In this document: positions 35,801 through 47,464 of the stretch, piece by piece | Layout of the letters: each line of letters starts with the position of its first letter | Numbering within the stretch: position 1 is the stretch's first letter | Assembly (NCBI RefSeq): GCF_902713615.1 | Contig: NC_052166.1 | Location: 18,227,731 to 18,291,730 of the forward strand | DNA: 64,000 nt | Direction: 5' to 3' | Source: Scyliorhinus canicula | Taxonomy: Eukaryota | Notes under the pieces: model-generated | The model's input: the letters and a program-made list of their open reading frames with translations, nothing else | The model's database searches: none | Told to the model about the DNA's origin: nothing | Program-made: the position numbers and the translations under genes

Positions 35801-38800
35801 CACAGCTTCAATGATAGCGTGGGCCTCTTTTTCGACGGATGAGTGCCGAATTTCAGAGGCGCGGAGGGTGTGGGAAAAGAATGCCACGGGTCTGCCTGCC
35901 TGGTTTAAAATGGTAAGGGCAACATCTGAAGCGTCGCTTTCTACTTGAAAGGGCAGTGTTTTGTCTACTGCGTGCATCCCGACCTTGGCTATGTCTGCTC
36001 TGATACGGGCGAAGGCGTGTTGTGCCTCGGCCGCGAGGGGGAATTGAGTGGACTGTATGAGTGGGCGGGCCTTGTCCGCATAGTTTGGGACCCACTGGGC
36101 ATAGTAGGAGAAGAACCCTAGGCAGCGTTTGAGGGCCTTGGGGCAGTGGGGGAGGGGAAGCTCCATGAGGAGGCGCATGCGGTCGGGATCGGGCACCAGA
36201 AGTCCGTTTTGGACTACATAGCCGAGGATGGCTAGGCGGGTCGTGCTGAACACACACTTCTCTTTATTATACGTAAGGTTGAGAAGAGTGGCGGTGCGGA
36301 ACAATTTAGTGAGGTTGGCATCGTGGTCGTGCTGGTAACATTATCTAAGTACGGAAACGTGGCCCGCAAACCGTACCGGTCGACCATTCGGTCCATTCTC
36401 CCTTTGGAAGACCGAGACCCCGTCAGTGACGCCGAAAGGAACCCTAAGAAAGTGATAGAGCCGACCGTCCGCCTGGAAGGCAGTGTATGGACGGTCTGAT
36501 TTCCGGATGGGGAGCTGGTGGTAGGCAGATTTCAGGTCAATTGTTGAGAAGACCAGGTATTGTACAATCTGATTGACCACATCAGATATGCGTGGGAGGG
36601 GGTACGCGTCGAGCTGCGTGTACTGATTGATGGTCTGGCTGTAGTCCGCGACCATTCTGTGTTTCTCCCCAGTTTTAACCACTATCACTTGGGCTCTCTA
36701 GGGGCTATTGCTGGCCTCGATAATACCCTCCCAAAGCAGCCGCTGGACCTCAGATCGGATGAAGGCCTTGTCCTGCACGCTGTACCATCTGCTCCTGGTG
36801 GCGACGGGCTTGCAATCCATAGTTAGATTGGCAAAGAGGGAGGGTGGGTCAACCTTGAGGGTCGCGAGGTCGCAAACGGTGAGTGGAGGTAGGGGTCCAC
36901 CGAATTTGAGGGTGAGACTCTGGAGATTGCACTGGAAATCCAGGCCCAGCAATAGTGCAGCGCAGAGGTTGGGGAGGACGGAGAGACAGAAGCTGGTGAA
37001 TTCTACTCCCTAGACTGTGAGAGTGACCGTGCAGAACCCTCGAATAGGGACAGAGTGGGATCCGGAGGCCAGGGAGGTCCTTTGATTGGCGGGGTGGACC
37101 GCGAGGGAGCAGCGCCTTACCGTATCCGGGTGTATGAAGCTTTCGGTGCTCCCAGAGTCCAGCAGGCAAGAGGTCACGTGGCCGTCGATTTCCCCGTTGT
37201 GGAAGCGGTGATCGGGTTGTGTGGACGAGATAGGTCCAGAGTCGTCGAAGCGAGCTGCTGGTGGTTGTCAGAGGTGTCGGATGGACTCAGATCGTGTAGT
37301 TGGCGTTCTAGCCCCGTGGGGAAGACAAGATGGCGGCGTCGGGAGGCCCTGTGAGGACCAAAATGGCGGCGCCCATGGGGCGCACATTGCGGGGCGGGAC
37401 AAGATGGCGGCGCCCAGTGGCCGCTCGTGGCCCTGGGAAGAGAAGATGGCAGCGCCCACTGGCCGCACGTGGCCCTGGGAGGAGAAGATGGCGGCGCCCA
37501 CTGGCCTCACATGGCCCTGGGAGGAGAAGATGGCGGAGCCCGTTGTGCGTTCGGCAGGGGGAGGGGGCGATTGCAGGCGCGATAGCAGTGACTGCGCGGG
37601 CCAGGCACACAGTTGAAAAGTGGCCCTTTTTACCGCAGGACTTGCAAGTGGCGGCGGGGGCTGGGCAGCATTGGCGGGGGTGCTTCTGTTGACCGCAGAA
37701 GTAGCAGCGGGGACCCCCGGGGTGCGCGGATTGGTGGACGGCGCAGGCGTATTGACTAGGAAGGGCCCCAGCCGGGGGGGTCGTTTGCGGGGTCCAGGAG
37801 GGGTAGGATGGGTGGGGCGCGCGGCAAGCCTGGATGTTACGAGACGCACCCGTCATGGAGAGCGCTAAAGTTTTGGTCTCCGCTAGGTCGAGCGTGGCCC
37901 CTTCCAGTAATCGTTGTCAGATGGAGTCTTACGCAATCCCTGTTACGAACGCGTCGCGCATCAGGAGATTAGAGTGTTCGGTGGCTGTAACGGCTTGACA
38001 GTCACAGTCCCGTACGAGTGGCATTAGGGCCCGCCATAAGTCTTCGATTGACTCACCAGGTAGTTGAGAGCGAGTGGCAAGTACATGCCTGGCGAAGATC
38101 GTGTTTGATTTCTGCGCATAATTCTCTTTTAGGAGTGCCATCGCTTCCGCATAATTCGGGGCATCCTGGATCAACGGGAACACGCTGGAGCTCAATCTGG
38201 AGTATAAGACTTGAATCTTCTGAGCTTCCGTCGGCGCGGGGGTCGCAGCGTTGATGTAAGCCTCAAAACAAGCCAGCCAGTGATTAAAATCCTTTCTGGC
38301 GTCAGGCGAGTGCGGATCAAGCTGCAGGCGATCTGGTTTGATTCTGATATCCATTTCTTAGAAAATCTGACTGTAATAAATTGATGCACGATCAATTGCA
38401 CGGAAGACTCAGATTGGTACAACTGTGGCTTTATTACAGTCATATGCGTGGCTTCCTACTGCAGCTGGCAAAATGGCTGATCAGGAGAAGGACACGCATA
38501 TTCATACGGCTCCTTATGGTTGGAGCTAGCCAGCAGGGGCTACTGGCGAACCTGTAGTGCAGGTCCTACCTTACATCTCCTAATACAGGTGCACACAGTG
38601 GTTCACCACAGGTGTTCTGCTACAGTGATAGGTGAGCAATGGTTTAGGTATCTGCAGGGAGCTCTGCAGCCTTTGAACCTCAGCAGCACATCGGTCATTT
38701 TAGCCACCTACACTGAGGAAGTCTTGAAGATATCGGCATGACATCAACATTAGGCCTTACAACATCGGCATGACATCAAAATTAGGGTGGGATTGCCTGA

Positions 38801-40686
38801 AGAAAATCGAGCTAAATTGGCCGGCGATTTTCAGCATCACAGACAGGGTTTTCCAGGAACATTTCCAAGCCTGTCCTGGTCATGACACTACCCATGGCCA
38901 AAACGCTCAGCATGTCTTTGAAGTTGAAACATCTGGAAGACATGGGGATAATTACTCCAGGGCAGTTCTCGGAATGGGCAACACCAATAGTCCCAGTGTT
39001 AAAGTCAGACTGCATAATAAGGTATTGCGGTGATTACAAGATGACTGTGAACTGGGCTGCTGAAGTAGATAGATATTCCTGGAAACGAGGTCCTCTCCGT
39101 CAAATTGGCAGGAGGCCTCCAGTACTGGAAATTAGAACTAAGCCATATGTACCAGCAGCTTGAATTGGAGGAAGAATCAAGGAAATTCGTCACCATAAAT
39201 TCAGACAAAGGCTGATTCCAACAAACGGGTTTGCCCTTCGGTGTTTCATCTGACTGCGCTATATTTCAACGCACAATGGAGAGCCTTTTAGATGGAATCC
39301 CCAAGGCTGTCGTGTATCTGGGCGACATCCTAATTACAGGGCCAATGCCAGAGCAGCAGAGAGTGAATTTGGAAGAAGCCCTCTGGAAATTTAAAGACGA
39401 AGTCGGAATATACCTAAAATGCGGGAAGGGCTCCGCGTAGCAGATACCTTGCTCTTGTACAATACAACCCCTCACATCACCACTGGGGTAACAGGGAGAG
39501 TTGTTAATGGGCAGACACCTCACAGAAAGGCCATCATGACTTTGCAAAGGCTGATAGGTCATTGAATCTAGGTCATTGAGGACCTGATCTACATGTGAAA
39601 CCTTGAAGGAAAACCAGCTTGTGCACCGGGACAGTCATCGCAAGGATGGGCCCACTATCCTATGTTGTCGATCTGCAGGATTGCGAAGGGGAAAGCACAT
39701 GGAACACTTCAGAAGGCAAGAAACCTGTTCCCACAACTGGGCGTGTGGACCCAGTCATTTTTACCAGGGCGCAGCTACAAAGTATTTGGTGCTAGAACCC
39801 AGAGCTTCCCGAGGGGATTGACGGGTGTCAACAGAAGGAGCCAAGGATGGTGCCAGCTCTTCCCTTTCTGCCAGCCTCTGATATGGACTCAGATGCTTCA
39901 AGTGTGGAGAAGCTGGTTACTGAGTTGAAGCGCTTGCCAAGAGTCCAAAAGTGCCCTAGCCTTGCCTTATGAACTTTATGGTCCACTCCCTTTCTGCTAA
40001 TTTTCTGTGTTAGCATATCATAGAATTTACAATGCAGAAGGAGGCCATTCGGCCCATCGAATCTGCACCAGACCTTGGAAAGAGCACCCTACTTAAGCCC
40101 ACACCTCCACCCTATCCCCATAACCCAGTAACCCCAGCTAACATTTTCGACACTGAGGGCAATTTAACATAGCCAATCCAACTAACCTGCACATCTTTGG
40201 ACTGTGGGAAGAAACTGGAGCACCCGGAGGAAATCCACGCGGACATGGGGAGAACGTGCAGACTCCTCACATACTGTGATCCAAGCCTGGAATCAAACCT
40301 GGGACCCTGGAGCTGTGAAGCAACAGTGCTAACCACTGTGCTACCATGCCGCCCATGGTTCTGATTGTAAATAGTAAATAGGAGTTTTCATGTTTTTGTA
40401 TAAGGGGATTGTAAGGGAACTTAAGTAGGGGGGAAGAATGTGGTAATATGGCCCCTTGAAGAGGTGATCCTACATGGGCTACGTGACCTGCCAAGAGTCA
40501 ATGGGGACGATGCGCGTGAACTTAAGCCTGTTGTATGCAGGCTGGGGTAGCTGGGTACCCCAGATTAAGTTTGGGAGTTGAGGGAACAAGACAGGAGTTG
40601 GAGTTGTGTTGTTCTGTAACATGAAGTTGTTAATAAATCACCGTTGTGATTTCACATTGCCTCGTCGCTTGACTCATACTACAACA
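32880..40686 (+). mobile_element. Old, decayed Ty3/Gypsy (Mag-like) LTR retrotransposon; LTRs 32880-33109 and 40439-40686
   Basis: Both LTRs read tgtggta...ggtgatcc...ctacaaca. PPT agggggggaagaa before 40439. Flanks gttag/attag. gag remnant (CGPQTYNLVRGL), protease VNGRPLNMEVDTG, RT WATPIVPVLKSD..IRYCGDYKMTVN, PFGVSS..AIFQRTME..VYLGDILITG. Confidence 0.88.
34115..38610 (-). mobile_element. Near-complete Ty3/Gypsy LTR retrotransposon (gag-PR-RT-RH-IN, disrupted); 229-bp LTRs at 38382-38610 (5') and 34115-34343 (3')
   Basis: TG..CA LTRs with about 16 mismatches by eye; TSD ggtgt at 34110-34114 and 38611-38615; PPT ttttaacagggggtgaa. gag from 38354 with Zn knuckle (CYFCGQQKHPRQCCP..CKSCGKKGHF..VC), RT (DAYPLPRI, IDLKSAYHQ, PFGV), RNase H (ESDASD, TDQRS), IN (MDFKGPLP, HSDRGSSF). 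Confidence 0.95.
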
Positions 40687-40800
40687 ATTAGGTTGGGGAT
40701 AAAACTACATCTAGATACTTGCCTGTTTGAATGGAGGGATGAGGTATGGAGATCTGGCAACAATCGTGTTAGTGGACGTACAGTTGACAAGGTGACTCAC

Positions 40801-40889
40801 AGTATCCATGAGTCCCAGCTTCTGTAGCCCACACAGCTCCTGGTGGGACCCACCCATATGTTCCAGCATAGCCATAGTTGAAACAGCCC
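40801..40889 (-). CDS. TPR-CHAT gene linker exon ((G)AVSTMAMLEHMGGSHQELCGLQKLGLMDT); may extend to 40723 via a GC donor
   Basis: Strong acceptor ctccttctctttgtgtcttAG, donor GTgagt. Phase 1 to 0 is exactly what is needed to join the 41789 and 31595 exons. Confidence 0.7.
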
Positions 40890-41788
40890 CTAAGACACAA
40901 AGAGAAGGAGGAATCCTGGTGAACTGGGAATACATCAGAGGCCCGAATCTCATTAAATAGCTAGTAGATTACGATGCTTTAAAGCTGATAGGACACCGAG
41001 GAACATTCCCGTACTCATAAAACCATAGAATTCCTACAGTGCAGAAGGAGGCCATTCAGCCCATCGAGTCTGCATCGACTCTTTGAAAGAGCCCACTCCC
41101 CGTTCTGTCCCTGTAATGCCACCTAACCTACATGTCTTTGGACACCAAGGGGCAATTTAGCATGACCAATTCACTGAACCTGCACATCTTTGGACTGTGG
41201 GAGGATCACACAGTCACCAAAGCCGGAATCGAGCCCGGGTCCCTGACACTGTGAGGCAGCAGTGCTAACCACTGTGCTGCCCCTTCTTCAGAAAGTATAT
41301 ATTTTACACACTCCTGAGAGGGCAGACGGAGCTTTGGTTGTGTGGCTGACTCCGGCAGTGCAGCACTCTCGGAATACTGCTGCTCTGCAGTGCCAGCCTG
41401 GATTATGGGTTCAGGGGTCTGGGATGGATCTTGAATCCAAGCCATCTAACTCAGAGGTGACAGCTCAATCACTGAGCCATGACTGGCACCTAATTTCTCC
41501 TGGAAGAGTTTGTTTCCTTTTCACAGGAAGAGATTTGGTTCCCTGCAGAAAGTATCGGCAATGTTAAAGAAAGTAGTGACAGATTTTGGGTTCTTTGAGG
41601 CTCCTATTGCAAATCTGCATTGTAGACTTGTGAATAGGTTGCAAATAGTTGAAATATGGCTCTTCAAATGATGTCTCAGAATCAAAAAACGGTAAAACGG
41701 AGATGTAAGAACACAGGTCTGAACTGTTTTATCCTTCTAGGGTGTGAATGAAGGTAGTGGGCTGCTGCCCAGAGGAATCAATAAATAC

Positions 41789-41951
41789 CTGATCTTACAG
41801 CTGAGCCCAACTCCGCCTCGGCCTTGTTCTTAGCTTTATCTTCAATCTGATTTGACGCAGTTTCAATCGCAAACAGAGATGGTGCAAGGGTGACACAAAA
41901 TCTCTCTCCCAGCTTCTTATTCTTCAAATCCGGCAGGTTTGCAAAGGGAAT
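41789..41951 (-). CDS. TPR-CHAT gene exon (IPFANLPDLKNKKLGERFCVTLAPSLFAIE...SAVRS)
   Basis: Not in the ORF track; read by hand. Acceptor ctctcatctaAG, donor GTattt, phase 0 to 1. IPFA.L...L.ERF....APS continues the CHAT motif across the junction. Confidence 0.87.
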
Positions 41952-42339
41952 CTTAGATGAGAGAATATTTCAATCAGATTGAGTGGGAAGGAAGGTAACG
42001 GGTTAGAGAAGAGCGAGCAAAAGTGACGTTAACCATTGTTCAGGGAAATCTCAGCAAATTACAGCATGAACAACATGGCAAGGCTGCTGATCGGTACAAC
42101 AGGATGAGCAACATAACGATGGGCTTCTGAAAGATGTGACATTCACAGTTCACAGAGTTTTGACTCAATCCTGTTACTACACTAGCTAACCTGTGCTTTT
42201 TAGGGAAGCAGTTTTGTTGTTTGAATGGATCACTCAGTATCCAGTGGAGTCCTACTACAGGGAAAACATCTTGAACATCATAACCAACATTGTTCCACTA
42301 ACGAGACAAGCACAAGACCTCATGGCAACAACCACAGTC

Positions 42340-42615
42340 CAAACACTGGTGCTTCCTCAACTATGTCATCGTTCGTGCACAAACCCCTGTCACAGCTGCA
42401 CAACTTCATGTCCCTCCATCTGGGAAAAGGAGCACATACTGGGGGATCTCAAGGACATTGTGATTGCGACTATATTCAAGAAGTGAGACAAGTCCAATTG
42501 CAGTAACTACAGGGGAATCTCCCTGCTGCCTGCTGCAGGGAACATCAATGCAAAGATCTTCCTCAATCATCTCCCAGTTGCCAGAGAAGCCCTTTCAGAG
42601 TCGCAGTGGCTTTCT
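42340..42615 (+). mobile_element. RTE-type LINE RT fragment
   Basis: IWEKEHILGDLKDIVIATIFKK*DKSNCSNYRGISLL...ESQ.GF. Confidence 0.6.
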
Positions 42616-42689
42616 CCCATTTTCTACAACAGCATTTTCAAAACCCACAACCGCTATCATCTAGAAGGCCAAGAGCAGCAGGCACATGA

Positions 42690-43253
42690 GAAGTGGAGTT
42701 GGAAACAAGTCAGAATTAAACAGAACTGAGGTGGATATTCTGAATGAAGGCCCAGGTTAATACAAGTTAAAGTGACTCCCCAGAGGGGATCCTACAGCCT
42801 GAGAGTTCTGCCAAAAGGTTTCAGCCAACGAGGGTAGAATACATTTGTTAGCCATCAACTGGTGCTTCTCAATCACTTTGCATCCTGGAAGGACAGTCAG
42901 CTGGAAAACAACTTCAACATCCGAAGCAAGGACACTGATCATCTATCTCACAATAATCCTCTACTATTTTTACCCTCCCCTTCTGCCTGTGTGTGTTTGA
43001 GTAAAGGGTGGTATGGTAAAGGAGGGGGAGTAGTAAATTAGTTGGTTGTTATTTTATCATAATTATTGCATGTCTTATCTCTATTGTCTTTCTATATAAA
43101 CAGTTGTGTTTCACTAACAAATCTGGTACCTGTAAGTCATTGGAACAGTCAAGGGTCAAAGATCTCAGAAACCTTATATGAATTATTGGTTAATGCACTT
43201 GTGTTGGGACTCCAGGGCCTTTTGACTGCACACTAGCCCAGGGTATCGTAACA
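42690..43253 (+). mobile_element. LTR-like fragment (ends gggtatcgtaaca), same family as 24920-26667
   Basis: Shared terminus aagatctcag..attattgg..cactt.tgttgggactc...ccagggt..gtaaca; left boundary approximate. Confidence 0.55.
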
Positions 43254-43256
43254 CCG

Positions 43257-43393
43257 CCCAGTCCCCTCTGACACTTCAAGCTCAGTCCCCTCTGACATGT
43301 CAACTCACCCAGTCCCCTCTGACACGTCAACTCACCCAGTCCCCTCTGACATGTCAACTCCTCCAGTCCCCTCCGACACTTGAACTCGCCCAG
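43257..43393. repeat. 27-bp tandem repeat (cccagtcccctctgacatgtcaactca), about 5 copies
   Basis: Directly visible. Confidence 0.9.
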
Positions 43394-43728
43394 CCTATTC
43401 TAACCTCCACTCTTGAATGCTTGGTAGGTGCTATCTCAGGTCATGTGAAGCCCTGATTATGAAATGTTATTTGCTTATTAATTGTGTTTAACTGTACACA
43501 GGTAGTGGGAGTTAACTGATGTTTTGTTTGTGTACAAATAAAGGCACTTATTTAAAATGTGGTCTGGTTGAGCTTGGAGGTGTATGCTTGTAGTGTTTCA
43601 CTCTGCAAATAAATACAAGTCAAGCAAAGCTTGGCTCCAGTACCTTCGCCAATGGGTTTGCCGGATTTGAGCATGAAGCACGAGTACGGGGTTTAAAGTC
43701 AGCGCAGTGGTCAATCTGGTTCACTTAC

Positions 43729-43914
43729 CTGGATGAGATGCTTGTCTGGGACAATCAAGAGGTTGCTGCCTTGCTGTAGCTCCTCCAGCAGCTCAGTCAC
43801 GGGTCCAAAGAGCAGCAGGTACATTTGTTTCCAGTGTTCAATCTCCTTTTCATCTTCCGGCAGACTCCCTGCAGCCTCGGAATCCTTACATGACGAGCGG
43901 GACATCTGCCGTCT
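43729..43914 (-). CDS. TPR-CHAT gene exon, start of CHAT domain (..MYLLLFGPVTELL..SNLLIVPDKHLIQ)
   Basis: Acceptor cttctttctgcttcAG, donor GTaagt, 186 nt, phase 0 to 0. The LY.LL..P / L.IVPD..L pattern is typical of CHAT. Confidence 0.88.
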
Positions 43915-44510
43915 CTGAAGCAGAAAGAAGTCAGAACAAAGGGGATGAGGGCCAATTACCCTCACATACAAAATTCACTTTTAGAATTTTTAACTGTGTA
44001 TATTTCAAAGTTGGAAAGAAAGTGAAAGAAAGTGTTACCGTCACAATCCCATGTGGACATCCACACCGCAGTTCATCATTATAATACTCATTTTCAGTTA
44101 AGTTCTCATCATTTTCCGAGGTTGTTTACACCTAGTCCCTAATGAGTCTCCCCACTCTGATTCTTCCAAGTACCCACATTATAAAAGAATTTGGAGAATG
44201 TCACCAATTTCCGATGAGACAAGCAAAAACCATCCGTATTGTAAACTAATCAAAGTGAATATTGCCACAGTGGTTAGCACTGCTGCCTCATGGTGCCGAG
44301 GTCCCAGCCCTGGGTCACTGTCTGTGTGGAGTTTGCACATTCTCCCCGTGTCTGCGTGGATCTCACCTTTACAACCCAAAAGATGTGCAGCGTAGATGGA
44401 TTGGCCACGCTAAATTGCCCCTTAATTGGAAAAAAAAATTTATTAAAAAAATATATATCCCCACCAGTGTGTCAGTCAATGAGATGGAGACGGGGGGCAG
44501 AAGGTACTTA

Positions 44511-45232
44511 GGGCGAAATTCTCCCCCCCCCACGACGGGTGGGAGAATAGCGGGAGGGCCTTCCCGACTTTTTTGACGCCCTCCCGCTATTCTCCCACCC
44601 CCCCGCCGAAATCCCGACACGAATCGCTGCCGCCGTTTTTTTACGGCCGGCAGCGATTCACAGCTGTTAGAAGGGCCGAAGTCCCAGCCCTTTACGACCT
44701 TTTTACGAACGGCAAACACACCTGGTCCTGCCATTCGTAAAAACGTCGTGACCACCTGGAAAAAAATAACCATGGCACCGATTGGCACGGCAGTACCACG
44801 GCCGTGCCAAGGGTGCCATGGGCCCGCGATCGGTGCCCACCGATCGCGGGCAGCGGGCCCGATGCCCGCGCACTATTTGTCCTTCCGCCGCCCCGCAGTA
44901 TCAATACGCGGGGCGGCTGAGGGGCAACCCGGACCGCGCATGCGCGGGTTTCGCGCAAAAACGCGATGACGTCACCCGCGCATGCGCGGGTGGAGTCTTC
45001 CCACCTGCGCATGCGCGGCTGACGTCATATGACGCGTCAGCCGGCGCTAAGTCCGACAAGCGGGCTTAACGATTTTCGTTAAGCCCGACTTGTCGGGGCC
45101 TCCGACGTCGGGCTGCTAGCCCCGACGGGGGACCAGAATCGGTCCCCCGTCGGGAAGGGGCGCGATGCCGTAAAACCCGCCCGGGTTTTACGGCAGTTTG
45201 ACGATTTCTCCCGTTTTGGGAGAATTTCGCCC
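44511..45232. mobile_element. CpG-rich non-autonomous DNA transposon (MITE), 14-bp TIRs
   Basis: gggcgaaattctcc (44511-44524) and ggagaatttcgccc (45219-45232); many internal hairpins; no clean TSD (tta / aag), so the superfamily is not assigned. Confidence 0.8.
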
Positions 45233-46089
45233 AAGATGGCTGAATGAGAAACAGACTCAGTATATCATGTAAAGTTGCTTCAAATGGCAGAGTGTATTTG
45301 AACAGGATCACGACAAACTACAGGAAATGGAGCTTATTTCAAGAATATTTGCAAACTACAGCAAACAGACCCATGACGGAAACTATAACAAAGTCTCCCA
45401 ATAAAAACAGGATTAATTTTCCAGTAAAATGCAGTGTGTGGAGGGTAGTTATAAAATACAAATAATGTGCATGAGTCAGTCCTTTTTATTACAGAAGTAG
45501 CCTCATTGACAAAAGGGAGTTTTCCAATCATCTCAACTTTGTCCAGGCCTTGTGACACCGCCCCCCCCCCCTCCCCCCACCAAGGTGGCACAGAGGGACC
45601 CGGGTCCAATTCCAGCCTCGGGTCACTGTCTGTCTGGAGTCTGCACGTTCTCTCCGTGTCTGCATGAGTTTCCTCTGGGTTTCCTCCCACAGTCCAAAGA
45701 TGTGCGGGTTAGGTGGATTGGGCATTAATTGCCCCTAAGGTGTCCAAAGGTTAGGCGGGGGTTACAGGATTACAGGGAAAGGGTGCTATTTCGAAGGGTG
45801 GGAGCAGACTTGATGGTCTGAATGACCTCCTTCTCCACTGTAGGGATTCTATGATTCTATATGATGCTGAAATTAATTGGCTTTAAATTTCCTGTGCCAT
45901 TCGAGCTCTTTAGAAATGCACTGTTATTCCTACATAGGGCTCAATGGATCCAAGCCCTAGTTATTGTGCTCAATTCTCTGGAGGGAGGCTTGGATGCACA
46001 ACATTCTGACTCGGCTTAAGGGAGGTATGGAGTGAGCCAGGGCTGATACTTTTGCATATTGGAGCAGGGCTCCTTCACACGGCCACTAC

Positions 46090-47166
46090 CTTTTTTTGTT
46101 TTTCCACACTGGTTTGCCTGAGCCTTCTCTTTGGGATGTTCCTGGCTTCAGTCTCATAAAGCAGAGACCTGCTCTTCAGCAACTGCAGGAACTGGCAGAT
46201 CTGCCCATGGATTGCCTCCGACACCACGCTGCTGGTGGCGTGAAAGTGGACCACGCCTTCCTTCGCCTTCAACACCCACAAATAGAGACCCGTTTCCACC
46301 AACGAGTAGTACAACACTGGCCCGGAGATGACATCCAGGATGCTGCAAAGCTCCTCCATACTCGGGATGACTGACCCTGAAGATACATCCATTGAGTTGC
46401 TCCATGCTGGGGGTTGCTCGATCCTAAATGCAAACGTCAGAAATCGGTGTCTCCTCCCGGCCTCTGCATACTGAAGTGTCTTTGTACTGTCACCGAGCTT
46501 TTCAAGGATTGACTGGATCCCATCATAGCTCTCCAGAAGAACACCATTGGTTTCTTTCGGCAGTGCTATCCCCTCAAATCTGAATCTCCTACTCAGCCAA
46601 TTGTAATATGCTATCACTTCCTTGAAGGCCTTACATCCTTTCATCAGTTCCTTCACGGAATAGGAAAACTGGCAGTTGCTCGCAATCTTGAACTTGCACT
46701 TGTAGATCAACTCATCCTCCCCAGCATCCTCCGCGGCTTCCAGAGCCTGTTCGTAGAAGTATAAGGCATGCCGATGCTGAGCCGTGCCTTTATAAACTCC
46801 CGCAAGACCAAGTGCAGCCTGGCATTTCAGTTTGGGATCATCCCCCCTGCTGTCGTGATCCCAAGCTTGCTGGTACCAATTTGCTGCCTCCTCAAAGTTC
46901 TCTGTTGCCCTGTAGATGTCCCCGAGTCTAATCAGTGCTGCTAATCGAAGTTGCCGCTCTCCTATGGATCTGGACAAGTTGAAGCTCTGGTGAGCATGGG
47001 TCATTGCAAGATCATAGTTGCCGAGCACTGTGTGAATCACACCCATTGCCCCGTGGGCTTCAGCTGCCGCTGTACTATTGCCCAGCATCTTGCTCAGCTC
47101 ACAGTACTGCTGGTAGTTGATCACTGACTCGTTGTAGAGCCCCAATTTCTCTTGTAGTTTGGCAAC
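46090..47166 (-). CDS. TPR-CHAT gene large exon (359 codons): several TPRs plus the pre-CHAT region (LQYAEAGRR..., PVLYYSL...LYLWVL)
   Basis: ORF 46075..47181 in the track. Acceptor tttgagttgcAG, donor AAG/GTagtg, phase 0 to 0. TPR consensus (AHGAMGVIHTVLGNYDLA; ALIRLGDIYRATENFEEAANWYQQA) and a VLYYSL-type motif as in TTC28-family proteins. Confidence 0.9.
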
Positions 47167-47464
47167 CTGCAACTCAAACAAACAAACAGTGAGTTAGGAT
47201 TTCCTGCTGATACTTCCCACTTCTCCAAATCCCTTTTAACAGTGAAAGCATGAGAGATGTTCCTCCCTTTTGTACCTAGGGATCATTTAGAATGTTGTCT
47301 AGAGTCACACAAAGCAGCTCCCCCAGGCTTTTAACAACAAGTTATGTTGACACAGAATAATTAAACATCCCCAGGTATTCACAGGATAATCTGGAACTGA
47401 GTCACAAAAGGAGGTATTAGGGCTGGCCACCAGACGTTTGGTCAAAAACGTAAATTTAAGGAGC

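Noticed and set aside
41490-41542. Possible extra - strand exon (ctttctgcAG...GTgcca)
   Set aside because: In the phase required by the 41789 donor it ends in TAG, and the 40889 exon already closes the phase.
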